Assembly (NCBI GenBank): GCA_004431415.1
Contig: QPMI01000035.1
Location: forward strand, 241,352-305,351
Length of the DNA: 64,000 bases
Reading direction: 5' to 3'
Origin: Cyanophora paradoxa CCMP329
Taxonomy: Eukaryota > Plantae > Glaucophyta
Position numbers and translations under genes: made by a program
The notes under the pieces: generated by a model
Told to the model about the DNA's origin: nothing
Seen by the model: only the letters and a program-made list of their open reading frames with translations
Databases searched by the model: none
Shown here: piece after piece, positions 1-14,500 of the stretch
Position numbering within the stretch: position 1 is the first letter of the stretch
How the letters are laid out: every line of letters begins with the position of its first letter

Positions 1-383
1 CGTTCACGGCCAACCCAAGATTTGTGTACACACTCTCGATCTTAGCCCCCTGGACCCCTCCCGGAACTTGTGCGCTGCTTTCAGTCCCTCGCTCCGGTCA
101 TATATATTTTCAGCGCTCATCGCTGAAGCTCATGCTCATGATCAGCCCCCGGGGCATTCTACCTGAACATAGAGGACTCTGCCTGCCCGTGTCGTCCGTC
201 TTGCTTGCAATTGCTCTTCATTCGAATTCGCGCTTCTGCAGAGCTGACCGTTAATGTTTCATGCAATTGCAGCGACGCCGACGCCGAACGCGATTGCCGC
301 ACCCACGCCCGCGCCTTCGGTCGTGACATCGGCGACGCCGAGTCCCACCCCCGCCGCGTGCCCCACCGCTCCGAATCCAGGTG
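1..383 (+). repeat. Near-identical direct repeat of 3450-3832 (exons plus intron)
   Basis: The two copies match at offset 3449 with one visible mismatch (cac/cat near base 7) and diverge just after the ccag|gtg donor. Confidence 0.95.
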
Positions 384-3300
384 TGCGCATTCAAGGCCAG
401 TCCTAGGCCTTGCGCCGGTCGAACGCATACGCAGCATGCGCCAGTGAAAGCACAAAGTACATGAATCTTCCCTTCATCGACACATGCAAAAATGCTACGC
501 ACGGCGGAGCAACCTGGAGCACATTTAGCCCGTGCGTGCAGGAGGCTGCCCGCCTCTTCTTCAGAATCATCTCGCGTTAAAATCTCGCAGCTATCCGGAT
601 CCTTCAAATCTAGTGTACCCCGCGGCCGAGTTCCGATTCCGAGTCCCCTCGCGAAGGTCGCAAACGGATTTGCCGCGAGCGCTTTCGACTGAGAGCGAGA
701 CTGACGCAAAGAACCTCGCAATCATGGCAATTGCGCAGGAACGTGACTGCATCTGTCTGTGGCTCAACTACAGGCTGGACGCCTTACTTGACGGCCTTCC
801 TTGGATGTCCTAGTGTCCGTCTTGATCGCTTTCTAACTGGAGCGAACGCGAGCGTTATTCGCGGAAATGGAGGTTGCGGTCCAATGATCATTGATGCGAC
901 TCCTGGATTAGAATACATCATTTCAGTGCGAGGTAAGGCTTTCAAAAATTAAAAGAACGATCCAATAGCTGCATGTGTCTCTACATGAAGCGTGCCTATA
1001 TGAACGTCTCCTTTTTATTACATGCATATGACTCATATATCGGGACCTGACAGTGACGAGCCGCGCGCAGGACTCAGAACGTCGGACAAGGGCTTCTTTA
1101 TCCTGAATGTCACGGACAGTGGGGGCCCCTGTTGCACTGGCTATAGTGCGTTGCCTCCTAAATCGCTACTCTAAATCGAGCCTCCATGCTCGCATGATCG
1201 CCTGCGACTTTTATTAATAAAACACAAACGTGCATGTTCGCAGGAGACCCGACTCCGACACCGTCTCCGACACCTTCGCCTACATCGACGCCCTCCCCAT
1301 CGGTGCGATCGCAGTTGCAGTTTATGTCTTTTAACCGCCCGCACGTGTCTTTTCTCTAATACTGATTGCATTGCAAAGCCGTCGCCTGCGCCAAAGAAGC
1401 TGCAATGTGGGGATAGCTCCACTCCGCAATTCAGCAGCCGGTGGCTCACGCTTCATGGAGATGGAGGGCACATTGTGATCCCCTCAGCATCAATGCCCGC
1501 ATGGAATTACAGCTCAGGCCTCACCATCAGCTTCTGGATGATGATCTCCAGCACTGATACGTTGGATAATGCACGCGGTGCGCAGTGCTATTAAAATTGC
1601 TGAAGCTAGCGCCGGTTCCCCGGGGCCGCGGTCTGCGTACTCTATCGTAATTATATGCATGATCATGATGGTCCCTACGCATATATATAGCGCATACAAC
1701 TTGCAATCAGTTGGCGATGTTCAGGCCGGACATGTACAATACGCACAGCTAGCTATACAGCTGATCATGACGGCCCGTATGCATGCAGTCTTCAGTTTTG
1801 GGACCCGCCTGGCCAACTGCTCGGAGACGCAATCGCCAAATATCGTACACGACATGTCCTTAGCCTTTGATCGGGTCTGCATGCTTACATGTATATATAC
1901 CGCGCGCCCTTGCAAAGGCAATGTAAGCAAAGTCTGAAACCAGCTCTGGCGCAGTACCCCTTAGGGCAATTTCCCAAAAACTCCTCAAGTTCTGCGCCAA
2001 CGGACATGCGCTTCAACATTTTCTTTGGGGATGCGTCCGAGCAGTGGACCAGTTGTTGCTCTAACTTGGTAGAATGGGCAAGCGGCACCTTCAACTCAGG
2101 GGTAGGTTTTACCGAAGACTACAACATTCCAATCACAGGTGACTGGGCGCACGTTGCGATTACGATGAGTGAGCGATCAACAAGAGGCATCACCGATCCA
2201 TCAAGCGGTGTTTTGATGAGCTCCATCGGCTACTACATAAATGGCGTGTTCCTCACACCTCTTGGAGGCTATACGACGCTTGTTCCGACTGCGTCTCGTC
2301 CCTACATGTTCATCGGTCGATCTGCCTGGTCCTGCGATCCTTACCCGAGCAGGCTATCCCTCGCTGGTTCGCGCGCATACGCACCGCTGCCGCATGTGTA
2401 TATATCGATTCGCTAGTAGCTATAGTACCACTCTCAGAGTCTGAAGCTCATGATTACGTTGATTTTTCATCGACGACAGACTTCAAGGTCTTTCTCCGAG
2501 AGCTCTCCTCCACAGAAATAAGCTACGAGGCGAATCGCGATGTCCCGTTCGCGCCCCCTTCAGTCTCGAAATTGCTGTTCTGGTATCCCCTGAACGACAC
2601 TGCGGTAACTGAATCCCGGCCCTTACTAGTACTGGAATCCGTATGAAGTTTGTATTGATATCGCGATCGCCTTCAGAACTCGACCATAGCTAAAGATTAT
2701 TCTGGAAATGGATACGATGGGACCCTGTTCGGAAACGCGACCTTTGGGAATTCTTTCTATGGTTCTCAGCCTCGTGCATTCCAGCGTGCGTATATTTGCA
2801 TTATATACATGAATAGATTTCACTTGAAAGTATTCCGATTCTCGGCATTAATATTGCATTCGCAGCTTGCCCTTATCAGCCTTCAGTTCTCGACACATGT
2901 CAGGCTTCCGGGTCCGGCTATATCGTCGGGTCGATCTCCTCTATAGCCTACTACTACAGGTATACGGGTAGGACAAGGTCTGTAATTCTGTCTGCTAAGC
3001 CAGCCGAAGGTTGTTTCCTGATCTGCACGCACGCGCAGACTCAAGGGATTCATCACCTTCCTTGGCACTGATTTCGTTCTGACGAATTTCTTAAACACCA
3101 CGCGGTACATTAAAACTTTACTGTACATGTTAGCTATAGCGAAACTCCTTGTTCTACTTTTCTACTCCTTCGCGCATTAAAAGAATTTTTCGAATGCCTT
3201 GCAGTACCATCAAGGCCTCCGTATGCCATCCCAACACGAGCTTCGCGGCATATATTATGATGGGCGTCGGCTGCCCGTCCACCGCATCCCCCGTTGCGCA

Positions 3301-6300
3301 CCCCATCGCGAATACGTATCATGGAGATCCAGGTGCACGGTCACTGTACGCAGTAGTACTGCCACTGTTACATGCAGCTGACATCGACGTTCGCGTGGTC
3401 ATGGCAGATGGCGACAGGTGCGGAAAGGCCGGAATGTATTCGTCGATCACGTTCATGGCCAACCCAAGATTTGTGTACACACTCTCGATCTTAGCCCCCT
3501 GGACCCCTCCCGGAACTTGTGCGCTGCTTTCAGTCCCTCGCTCCGGTCATATATATTTTCAGCGCTCATCGCTGAAGCTCATGCTCATGATCAGCCCCCG
3601 GGGCATTCTACCTGAACATAGAGGACTCTGCCTGCCCGTGTCGTCCGTCTTGCTTGCAATTGCTCTTCATTCGAATTCGCGCTTCTGCAGAGCTGACCGT
3701 TAATGTTTCATGCAATTGCAGCGACGCCGACGCCGAACGCGATTGCCGCACCCACGCCCGCGCCTTCGGTCGTGACATCGGCGACGCCGAGTCCCACCCC
3801 CGCCGCGTGCCCCACCGCTCCGAATCCAGGTGAACAACTCAGTGACTTGCATTAAGAATTAAAATTTCTTCATCGCATCTTGATCATGACCCGCGAGTAA
3901 AATCGGCGCAGCATGCAGCGGTGTGCCATTGTATAAAGAGTACGCAAGCATTCCATTTCTCGATACGTGCAAGTCCGGAAATACAACCGGCGCAACCTGG
4001 ACTACAAAAGACCTGTTCGTTACACGTGGAATTCTATTGAATGAATCATCTCTGTCGGTAATTTATTTCACATCACACGCAGGTTCTCTTACCGCAACAA
4101 CTGGAGCTCTTCCTCAGTCGGGTCAATGCCAGCAGCTCATTATCGATTCCGAGTCCCCTCGCGAAGGTCTCAAACGGATGTGCCGCGCGCGCTATCGACT
4201 GAGAGTGGCAGTTGACTCGAAGAACCTTTTAATTGCGCAGGAACGTCACTGCAACTGTTTGCGGCTCAACTACAGGCTGGATGTGGTTCTCATTCTGGAC
4301 GCCTTACTTGACGGCCTACGTTGGCTGTCCAAATTCTGGAAGCTTTGTTTCTGGAGCAGCGGCCGACGTGAAACGATACGGCACAGGATGTGGTCCGATA
4401 GTTATAGACGCTCGACCCGAAAAGGAATACATTCTGACAGTGCAAGGTGCATTCTGCAGACCAAATATTAACGCTGTAAACTTCGAATTCTCGATCATCA
4501 TATGCATGGCATGGCTGACAACAAACGTTAACTGTAGGCGCACAATCTTCGGACATGGGTTTCTTTTCTTTGAAGGTGAACGACACCGTCGGGGAGCCGA
4601 ACTGCTGCTTTTCACGTGCGTTTGTTTTTTTGGGGCCCTTCTCCATCCATCCTCACACTCAGATCATAACCAGGTGCTTCTACGCCGACGCCTTCGCCGA
4701 CACCCTCTCGCACGGTGCGGCCGTAACTCCCGAGGTTCTCCGGATTTTCTGCTGCACATATCAGCGCTGAGCAGAACCTCGCGCAGCCGTCGCCCTCCGC
4801 CAGCCCAACGCGAACGCCCTCTCCCAGTCCCTCGCGATCGAGCTCTCCAAGCCCAACGGCATCCCCAAGCCGGAAGCCCTCCCCCAGCGCTAGCGCCAGT
4901 CCGAGCCCGACGTTGATGTCAACGCCATCCCCCAGCCCTTCGAATTCGCCCAGCCGTACCCCTTCCCCTAGCCCTAGCCCCTCGTACGCGTCTAGCCCTT
5001 CACCCAGCGTTACGGCCTCTCCTAGCAATTCACCCAGCCCTTCGATGTCTCCAAGCGCGTCCCCAAACCCTTCCCCCAGCCCTTCCCCGTCGACGTCGAC
5101 GTCTCCGACGCCCTCCGCTACTGCCTCTCCAAGCGCTAGCCCCTCTTCAAGCCCCTCTCCCAGCCCTTCGCTCATTATTAGCCCCACCGCAAGTCCCAGT
5201 CAGACTCCCATTACTAGTGCAAGCCCAACTTTTGCCCCCAGTCCTCTCGCAACTCTCGTGGCCAGCCCGACTCCAAGTCCAAGCATTGCAAGTGCAATTG
5301 TGTCCGTGGCCAGCCCAAGTTCCAACCCTCTGTCTATAGCGAGCCCGAGCCCTACGGCTGGAGACAGGCGTATAAACGCATTCGCAGCGACAGCTACGCC
5401 AACACCGGTACCATCGAGCGCTTCTGCAGGTGCTCCCTTCAGCTCAAAAGAATTATTGATGACCGGTGATACTTGCGACTGAAAGCTTCACTCAGGTTCC
5501 GCTGGCCCCAGCGCCAGCCCGCGTCCTACAGAGCCGGCCATTCGTTCGACTTCCACTCCTTCTCCAAGCTCTCGTATACGTATTCCCCCTTTTTATCTTT
5601 CTAATCTTGTTATCTGCGCCTTTCTATAGCTAATCTTGTTATGTTAACGTTCCCGAGCAGCTGCCTTGCCCACGCCGCTAGAGCTGCCGACGCCGGCTGC
5701 CGACGTCGAGATATTGATTCCACTGGCGAGCATCTTTTCCACAAGCGAAATCGCGGAGCTCGTCGACCCCCAGGCGACTTCCACAATGTTGACTCCGCCT
5801 GGGGCATCATCGACTCCCGCCTCCAACCTCAACTCGAACGCCATCTCGTTCTTCGTGCTGGTCAACGTCCCTTGCACGGCCATCACCTCTCAGATCGCCA
5901 GGACAATCCTTTTGCAAGCTTCGACGGTGCGGTGACGATGATTATATAAAAGTCAGAAATTTCGACCCCACATTCTCTTATATCGAAGTTTCCTCAGACT
6001 TTGCAAGTTCAGTCCTCCAAAGTCCGCCTCGGAGCTCTGGCCTGTGTCTTCAACTCTTTATCTGCTCGAGCGCGCCACTTGCTCGCGGGCATAGTCCAGG
6101 CTCAGCTCATTGCGAGGGCCGAATCTGCGATTGAATTCCAGAGCATTGAATCGAAGCTAATGGCGACGGCAGTCCGCGAGAGCATGGTCACCGCTCTCCA
6201 GGCGGTCGGTCTCCCAGCTGTCAGCGTCTTTGTTGTCCCCCGTGCTACCCAGCCCTCCACATCGATATCGATATCGCCTGCTGTGGCGCCATCATTGGCC

Positions 6301-6906
6301 CCATCGACCCCTGTTGTCTCTACCGAAATGTCCGGCCAGGCCTCAAGTTCTTTGCCAATTGGTCTGGTTGTTGCAGCAGGTGGTGGAGGGGCTGCAATCA
6401 TCGCCGTTGTTGTCGGTGTTGTCATTTTCGTGCAGCGGGGGCGCCGGCGGCGCCGAACTCGAGTCCAGCATCTCTCGCCTGCAACAGCCACCCCAGGCGA
6501 CGGCAAGAAAGTACGAGTCACAAGCCGCGGTATCAGATCTATAGCTAGACATTTAGTGCCGCCGGCGGCCGCGGCCGAGATAGCGCCAGTTAGTCCGACC
6601 AGCGGTCTACACGATTTACCTCAATCTGGCACTGGCGTACGCGTACGCGTCTTTCCAGCTCCAGCTGCAGTCGAACTCGAATCCGAGTCGACTCCAATGG
6701 ACCAGCCGCAGCCGCAGGGCGAGGGCCACGGCACCGATCTGTCCCCTGATCAGCCGGCCGCGGAGATGGCAGACTATGCATCGCATTTAGTCAATGTCGA
6801 TCGCGAGAGGAGCAGTATGCGCCGCAGCCTGGCTTCCGTCGACGTCGACTCCTTTGATTCCGATCCCGCGACCGCGAGAATCGCGCCGACTCCGGCTCAC
6901 GCTTGA
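1..6906 (+). CDS. Large multi-exon cell-surface (type I membrane) protein: repeated Cys-containing modules joined by PT/SP linkers, a LamG/concanavalin-like domain, a long Ser/Pro stalk and a C-terminal TM helix; 5' part lies outside the window
   Basis: Exon ~2030-2350 reads GDWAHVAITM...IGYYINGV...YMFIGRSAWSCDPY (Laminin_G_3-like). Duplicated modules contain NVTA(S/T)VCGSTTGW..PYLTA(F/Y)(L/V)GCP at ~740 and ~4240. SPSPS stalk at ~4670-5430. TM segment IGLVVAAGGGGAAIIAVVVGVVIFV followed by QRGRRRRR at ~6360-6460; stop at 6906. Confidence 0.7.
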
Positions 6907-7574
6907 TCTGAATTAACGCGGTAGTTATAGCTATATCAGGCGAACCCTCTTCCGAAATCCCAAAACGAGCGAGCACTATATGTGCGCACTATATATAGAT
7001 CGTTTGCGCGTATATTTTCCATCTTTCCTGTTTGTTTTGATCAGGTCGTTGGCAGTAATCGTTTAATTGTGCTCACCAGATTTCACGTGCTCATGTTTCA
7101 TTTCATATAAGACTCGTTATCTTGGATTGAGCTACATTACATTACACATGTGCACTTTACACTTAGACTTGTGAAAGGCTTGTGCCGAACCGGGGGGTGC
7201 GAGGCGGCGTCGCGCCAGGCGCCAGCGGCCTGGCGAGTGGCAAGCGCCCGCGCGGCGAGGCGCCGGTACTGGTACAGATCTAGAGTGACAGTACGCCGGT
7301 CCACGGGCCCATGAAACGCAGTCAGGCGCGGCGAGGAGTAGGGTAAAAGGGTACAGGGGCAGATGGGTAGAAAGGGAGGGTAGAAAGGGTAGAAAGGGGG
7401 GGGGGAGGGGGGGGGGGCGGGAGGTACGATTCTCTCGTACCGTGCTGCGTAGAGAGTGTCACGATGGCGAGCATCCTATCCAATAGGCTACGTAGCCGGA
7501 TCACCTCACACTAGCTCGGCGCCGGATTTGGCTAGGAATCACCCCTGCCGTAACAAGAGTGAAAACATCTGGAC

Positions 7575-9630
7575 CAAAATCGAATCGACTAGCAAGGGAA
7601 GGGAGGAGGGCGGCGCCCGCCGCGTCGCAGGGTCGCGCCTGCGGCGCGGGGCCAGGCACCAAGGCACCCGCACAAGCCGAGCGCCCCCGGCGGCAAAGGC
7701 CTCCCTTCGGCCAGGCACAGGCACCCGTGGATCGAGGGGGCGACGGGGGGGGGAGGGGGGGGGATTTGGCCGGGGGGGCACGTTAGGGGGTGGAGAGGGG
7801 TGGGGCCGGGTGCGGGTAGAAGATTGCTGACCTGGAGCGTCTGCGGCCGGGTACGATACGAGGGTGGAGCGGAGGTAGAAGTGCAGGGTGGGTACAGAGA
7901 AAGGGGGGGGAAGAGAAATGCTGCCCTGAAGAACGGCTGCCCTGCGCCGAGAAGAGGGTGAGAGGGTGAGATGGGGGGAGCGGAGTGAGGGGGAGGGGGA
8001 GCGAAGCCGGCGAGCTGAGGGGGTTACGGAGACGCTACGGAGACGGCAGATTGCGGCGAGGCTGGCGAGGGGGTACCGGCGCTGAGCCGCCCGGAAAGGA
8101 AGTGGGGTTAAGGGAGGCCGCACGGGGGTCGGAGGGAGGGGGCTCCGGATTCGGGTGGGGTACGGGTGGATGTGGAGAATGCTGCCACGGAAAACGGATG
8201 CCCTGCGCCGGGTGGGGGGTGAAGACAAAAAGAGGCAGGGCGGAGAGGGTGGAGCAAGGCGAAGGGGCGAGAGGAGTGAGCAGAAGTGGGTACGGAGGCG
8301 CACGGTGTCTTATTCTGCGCGCGGCGGGGGCCAGAGGGTCAGGCCGAAGGGGTTCCGAGGGTTACCAAAAGATCGGGGCGAAGCCGGCGAGGGGGAGTAC
8401 CGGGGGAGGCCAGTCGCTCCGCCCAGGGGCCGTGGCCAGAGCTTCTAGGGGTACCGAGGGGTACCGGGGTACCGACGACGAGGAGGGCGCCCCGCGCGCC
8501 GCGCCGGAGATGCGCTGGTGGCCATGGGGGACCAGCAGCGAAGGGTCGGGGCTGAGAGAGTCGGGAGAGAGGTCCCGCCCTCCCTGCTCCGGCGCCGTGG
8601 GAGGGTCGGCGGACGGGGGGGCGGGCGGGGGACGGCGGGGGGGCCGCCAGTCGGGGGAAGAACGCCACCAGAACGGAGTGAACGGGCGGGAGGAGAGTCC
8701 GCGGGGGTACGGCGGCAGGGAGAGGAAGGGCGCCGGGGTACAACGAAAGGGTGGGGGAAGGTTGGGAGGGAGTAGATGAGCTCTAGGGACGCGGTCCTGC
8801 GCGGGGCCCGATATCTCAGCCGAAGTCGAATCGACTAGCAAGAGAGAGGGGTACAGGGGCGCACCGTCCCGGGAGGAGACGGCGCCCGCAGGCGCAAGCA
8901 CCAAGGCACCCGCACGGGGCCGAGCGCGGCGCGGCAAAGGGAGTGGGAGGAGGAGGATTGAGAGGGGTACGCCAGAGGGTGGAGAGGGGTGGGGCTGGGT
9001 GGTGGTAGAGGATTGCCGCCCTGGAGCGGCTGCCGCCGGGTACGGTACGAGGAGAGAGGGGGCAAGGGCGAAGTACGGTGCGGGTACAGCGGAAGGGCGG
9101 AAGAGAAATGCTGCCCTGAGGCGCGGCTGCCCTGCGCCGGGTAGAGTGCGAGAAAGGAGGGGGAGGGGGGGGGGGGCGGGATGAGTGGGGGGGGAGGAGG
9201 GGGGCGAAGAGGCGAGCTGAACGGGGTACGGACCCAGACGCGCAAGGGGGTACTGACGCAGACGCAGAGGGGGGTACGGACGCAGTCTCTCCGCCCCCCC
9301 CCCCCTTGGAGTAACACCCTCTCCGAGGTGCGGCTGCCCTGCGCTGGGTAGAAGGTGAGAGAGGGGGGGAGGGGAAGCGGGGTGAGGGGGGGAAGAGAGG
9401 CAGCGAGTGGGCAAGCTGAGGGGGGTAAAACGAGGGGGGCACCGCTGCGGAGCGAGAGCCTTGAAGCGGAGGCCCCCCGCCGCCGGTCGCTCCGCCTGGG
9501 GGCCCGGGGGCCGTGGCCGGGGCTCGGAAGGAGGACGCTCCCAGGGGTACCGCGGGGCGCCGGGGTACTGGGCAGCGAACGCCGGGGGGATACGACGCGC
9601 GCCGCGCCGGAGATGCGCTGGCGGGGAGGG
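7575..9630. repeat. Diverged ~1.1-1.25 kb tandem duplication in purine/G-rich DNA, possibly a decayed mobile element
   Basis: Blocks recur in the same order: tcgaatcgactagcaag (~7580/~8827), caccaaggcacccgcac (~7657/~8899), aagagaaatgctgccctga (7911/9101), cgcgccgcgccggagatgcgctgg (~8495/~9598). Confidence 0.7.
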
Positions 9631-11507
9631 TCGGCGGGCGGGCATGCGGCGGCGGGCGAGCCGCAGGAGGAGGGCTGGGGGGACCCGCTGCTTACTCGGC
9701 TGCCACTGCTTGTCTCGGGTGCTGCTGACCCACAGCGATCTTAAGGCCGGAATGGGCGAGCCATGCGCCACAGCCGGAGCCTGTCTTCTGCACGACAGCG
9801 GCGCTGCCCGTCAGCGAAGGCGAGGGGGCGGGGCGGGCGGGGCGGGGCGTGGGCCGCGGGGCGCGCCTTGCCCTGCAGCCGCGGGCGTACCCCGCCGGCT
9901 GCGCCTCTAGCGATGACGCCCCGCCCCGTCGTCTACGATGCCCTGCGCCGTCCTCTCGCCGAGTCTTCTATGACGGGCTGCGGCGCGTCTGAGCGGCTGC
10001 AGGGCGGCGCGGCGCTGCGTCGGGCCGGGCGGCCGCCAGCGGACCTGGCAGTGGAAGGCGGGCGAGGGCAGGCCCACAGAGCTGCTCAGAACGCCCCCGC
10101 GCGCGGGCTCCCGACGCGGTTCGCACGTTCTCCTTTGCAATTGAGAGCATCCTCCCGTGCACGTGCACACGCTGCGCGAAGATAGGGCCGATTCGAACGG
10201 GTCAACGCGCGCGAGGCGCATAAGAAGGACAGCGCACCTCGGCGAATCCGCTCAAACGAGGATGCAACTGCGATCAAGAGTCAGCTGCTCGCCGGCGGCT
10301 GGCGGGGAGGTGGACGGGATCCAAATTTAAAGGCGGCTCGCGCGCGGTAGATGTTCCAACTCCCCGCGTGAGGATTCCCGCAGCGCACCGTATCATCCTG
10401 CACGAGCGAAGTAAGATTGCGCAACACGCAGCTCGCATTTTCAGGCAAAGCCGGGAGCGCGAGGGTCAAGACGGGAATAAGCGCCTGCGCAGGCGCGGAT
10501 GCGGGGGCTAGCGCACGAGGTCAACGAACAGAGCTGCCGGAGGCGCCACGCTGGCCTTCGTCGATGCTCCCGCGCGCAGGACCGGCCCTGCTCGCCTCAG
10601 CGCGGATCCCGCCGCGAGCATTGGGTTCCGCAGGAATCGCTAGCTGTGGTGCGGTTGCGCTTCTTCGTACAACTGAAATGGTCCGCTGAAGCTGTCGGGC
10701 GAGGCGGCGAAGGCCGCAGCTTCCTCGATGGGGTACAGCGACCGAAGCGACTCCAAGCCGTCGACGTCGAAGCTCGCAGTGCAGCCCACCGGCGTAGGGG
10801 CAGGGTGAGCATTGCGGCTCCGGCGAAGCAGGCGGCGCGAATCAATCGGAGCGAAGGCGCTGCGCCCGATCGATCGGCGCCGCGTCCTCCGGCGTCCGCA
10901 GGCATTGGAAAGGTCGAGACGCAGCGGCGCGAAGAAGTGCGCTTCACGGAGCGTGGAGCGCGAGGCGTCCCGGCGGCGCGGCGCGTCATCATCAGATCGG
11001 AGTGCGTGGGGGGGAGCGCGGCGTGGCGAAGGCCCATCGCCAGCATCGCAATCTCGTTCGCCGCACGTCGACACGTGCACAGGCGCCAACTGCAGCCCGC
11101 GCGCGGTCGCTGGCGAGCTCAAGCTCGCGCGCGACTCGAGCTCGTCGAGACTCCCCGAACCGAAGCGGGGGCGCGAGCAGCGGGCCAGCGGCGTGGCCTC
11201 GCGATCACCTCGGCCAGCTGCAGCGTTCCAGTCGCGATCTACTGCTCGCGATCGACTATATAGCTAGCCGCACCAGACACGTTCGCGTAGGCACATGTAC
11301 AAGCGCGATGGTACGTGCGAGTTCATCGAAGCTCACCGTAGGCCCAGTACTAGTTGCAATTTGATCTAACCGTGTTCTCTCGTAATCATCTGCAGAATCT
11401 GTTCAAACAACTCAAACAGGTGTGCTCAATCTAATGTTTGCACCTCGCACCGCATGCGCATATCGATCTATTTCTTTACACAATCCCGCGCGGCGATATC
11501 GATATCG

Positions 11508-14500
11508 ATGCCATGCCGCGCTCAGGCAAGGAAAGCAGCGACTGCCGCGAACAAGAGAATTGAGGAGGTGCGTACGCGTGTGCGGCCACCCGTACGGCAG
11601 CGGGATCTTCCCTCGGTCTCTTTCGTTTGACACCGCGTGGCCGGGCGCCGCATATGCACGCGCAGTTGGAGGAGGAACTCTCGGAGTGGCAGCCCCTCGA
11701 AGAAGAGCTTGAGGAAGCTCAGTCGCAGGCGACTCAGCTCCAGGCTGACTTGGAGCAGCTACAGGCTGCTAAGGACCAGCTGCAGGCTGCCCACGACGAG
11801 CTCCGAAGTCGTAACGGCGAGCTCCAGCGCTTGGTGCGTTCTCATTCTCAATCGCGTTCAATTGCAGTTTTAAAGCAGCATTAACACAGCTGCAACTGCG
11901 GCAGATTGAGCGGCTCAAAAATTCAGAGGTGCTCGATCGAAGTCTCTTCCTTGCAATTGCGCGGGGCCGGAATTAAAGAGGCACCTGCAGCTGAGAGAGG
12001 AGGTCGAAAGGCTCACTGCAGCCGTATGTATTCAATCCCACAATTTCGATTCTTCTCTTTACCGAATTCTTTGGCAGCTGAAAACGGCCGAGCTCGAACA
12101 TGCGAAGGTGCGCCGTACGTGGGCGTATGCTACTATTATTCTACGATTTTCGTGACCTTGTATACAATAACAATTATCTTCATAACCTAGGCCTGCCCGC
12201 CTGACATATGTTTTGCCATCCGACGCTAAAATCTCATTGCAGGTCGAGCGAGAGTTGGTCTTTCTACGGACAGATCGCGCACTGGCCGATATCAATGTCG
12301 AGCTAGATCTGAAGGGGGATTCGAAGACTGCCGAGGAGTCAACTGCGGACTCGTCGTTAGAAAGAGAGCGGAAACGTCGGCGCCAGGCAGAGAAGAAGCT
12401 CGCTCAGGCGCTGTACGACTTCAGGCTGAAGGAGCGAGAAGCTGAGACGGCGCAGAATAACTTCAACCTCAAGACGAAGAGGCTGGAGGAGGCAGAGACC
12501 GCCAGGCAGGCGGCGGAGAAGGCGCGGGCGGAGGCGGAGTGGGCGGCGCGGTCCGCGCAGGCGGCCCTCGCGGCAGCGGAGGCGGCGGCCGCGGAGGAGC
12601 GGGCGCGGTGGGACCAGCTCTTGGGCGGGCTCGCCGAGCGCGCCGAGCAGGCGGAGCGGCAGCGCGAGGAGGCGCAGGCGCTCCTCAACGCGGTTCGTTC
12701 ATCTGAATCTGACTCTTGATTCGATGTGGCCTATAGCTAGATCTCCGCCGGCGTTAATCCTTAGCTTTACAGATTCTGGATCGCCCCGGATCGGACCCAG
12801 AGACGACCGCTCTGAAGGGGCGGGTGCGGTCCCTCGAGGCCCAGCTCGCGGTGTGCACACGTGCTGCTCTTGTCGCCCTCTGAGCATGGCTTGTCGCTTT
12901 CTGAGCATTCTTTCCATGTTAATTTCGAATCCGAATTTTTTGCAGGCGGAGAAGCAGAAGCAGACATCGTCTTCGAATTCCACTGCCGCAGGTGCCGTCA
13001 CGGCCGGCAAGCACGAGGCGAGCGCCAGGATCCGCGCCCTGCGGGAGGTCTCGTGCGCGCCTCAATGTTCTCGCGTTCAGATTCCGCGAATGTATTAAAA
13101 CTATTGCTGCTCGCAGGCTCTGCCTGGTCCGAACGGTCGTGAAGCAGGTTGCGTCGCTATTTTTCTGCATATCTAATCCTCAGTCCTCGTTTTGCAACTC
13201 ATGCTTGCTTGCCGCATGCGCAGCTCCGCCCCGTAGGCTCAAAATCTTCCAAGACCATCGAAATTGAGGTGATCATAGAAGCGCTCCCACTTGTTCGTTA
13301 CTCCGAATTGAAGAAAACCGTGCAGGTGGATCGGGGCGCTGTTGTCGAGTCCGCCTTTGTGTTCTGCGAGGAGAGGCGCCTCCTCGAGCAGCTGCGGCAG
13401 CCGACCGCCCTGCTGAAGATCGCAATAGAAGAAGCCGTGGACCGCAAGGGTCCATCGCGCGAGTTCTACGCGCTGGTGCGTTCACGTTCGATTATTCCAC
13501 GCATTTGCAATGGATTCGATGGATTTCGTGGCCGAAATAGTGTAACTGTTGGCGCAGTTCTTCGAGGAGCTGGTGAAGAATCAGCTGCTGGAGGAGCCGA
13601 TGCAGGGCGCCCAGGGTGTCCTGCCACCCGCCGTGAATCTGCAGCAGAGGGGCGATCGCGAGAGCGGAGATCAAGACACTGAACAGCAGAGCCAGGCACC
13701 GGCGCAGGCACCGCAGCGGCGCCGCAATCACAAGCGCATCGTCGTTGTTGACTCGGAGGACGAGGACGAGAGCGGCGCCGACCAGTGTTCGAAGCGCTCT
13801 CGGCTGGAGGGCGGGCAGCCGACGGCGTCGACCGCGGGGTCGGCCGCGGCCGGCGGGCGCCGGAGCGGCCGCTCGAGCTCGCAGCACGTCGCAGTCGCCG
13901 TTGTCCCGGGGCCGCTCACCAAGTACCAATTCATCGGTTCCGTCGTTGGCCGAGGTGCGCTTTCATTCATATACATGCCGATTTCGATCGCGAGGTTTGC
14001 CTTGACGCCATTCATTTCTAGCGCTGCTCGAGCGGATTCTCGACCCGAAGGGCACGGACCCCATCCCGGCCGCGCTTGTTCCTATGCTTCCTCTACTGTC
14101 CGGCAGGCAGGTGTGCAGCGATAGGTCATTTCTTCCTTTATACCTTTCCAGTTTACATTATACCTTTCCAGTCTACATTTCTCTTGTCTCCTAACTTCGG
14201 CTGTGCAGCCGGACGCGTGTGCCACAGCAGAAGAGGCGCTCGCGCTGTGGAAGCCGTTCCTCGGTCCGGTGAGCGATTATTGCTGCGAACCGGTCTCAAT
14301 TTCCTGGCCGAAGTGCATGTGCTAACGACACCGCAGGAAGTGCACGGCTCGATGGCCAGGATCCTCGCTGAGCCGGTCCGCGGCGCTGATCACAGCCCCA
14401 CGCTAAATTGCTACGTATACTGAAGTCTTTGCAGGTCTCGCCGGAGGCACCCGTGCCCATGGATCCGTACCTTCAGGGCTGCCCCGCCTTCAGCGGCGAT

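Noticed and set aside
10281-11300. Possible minus-strand host gene
   Set aside because: Coding-like but no recognisable domain or reliable exon structure.
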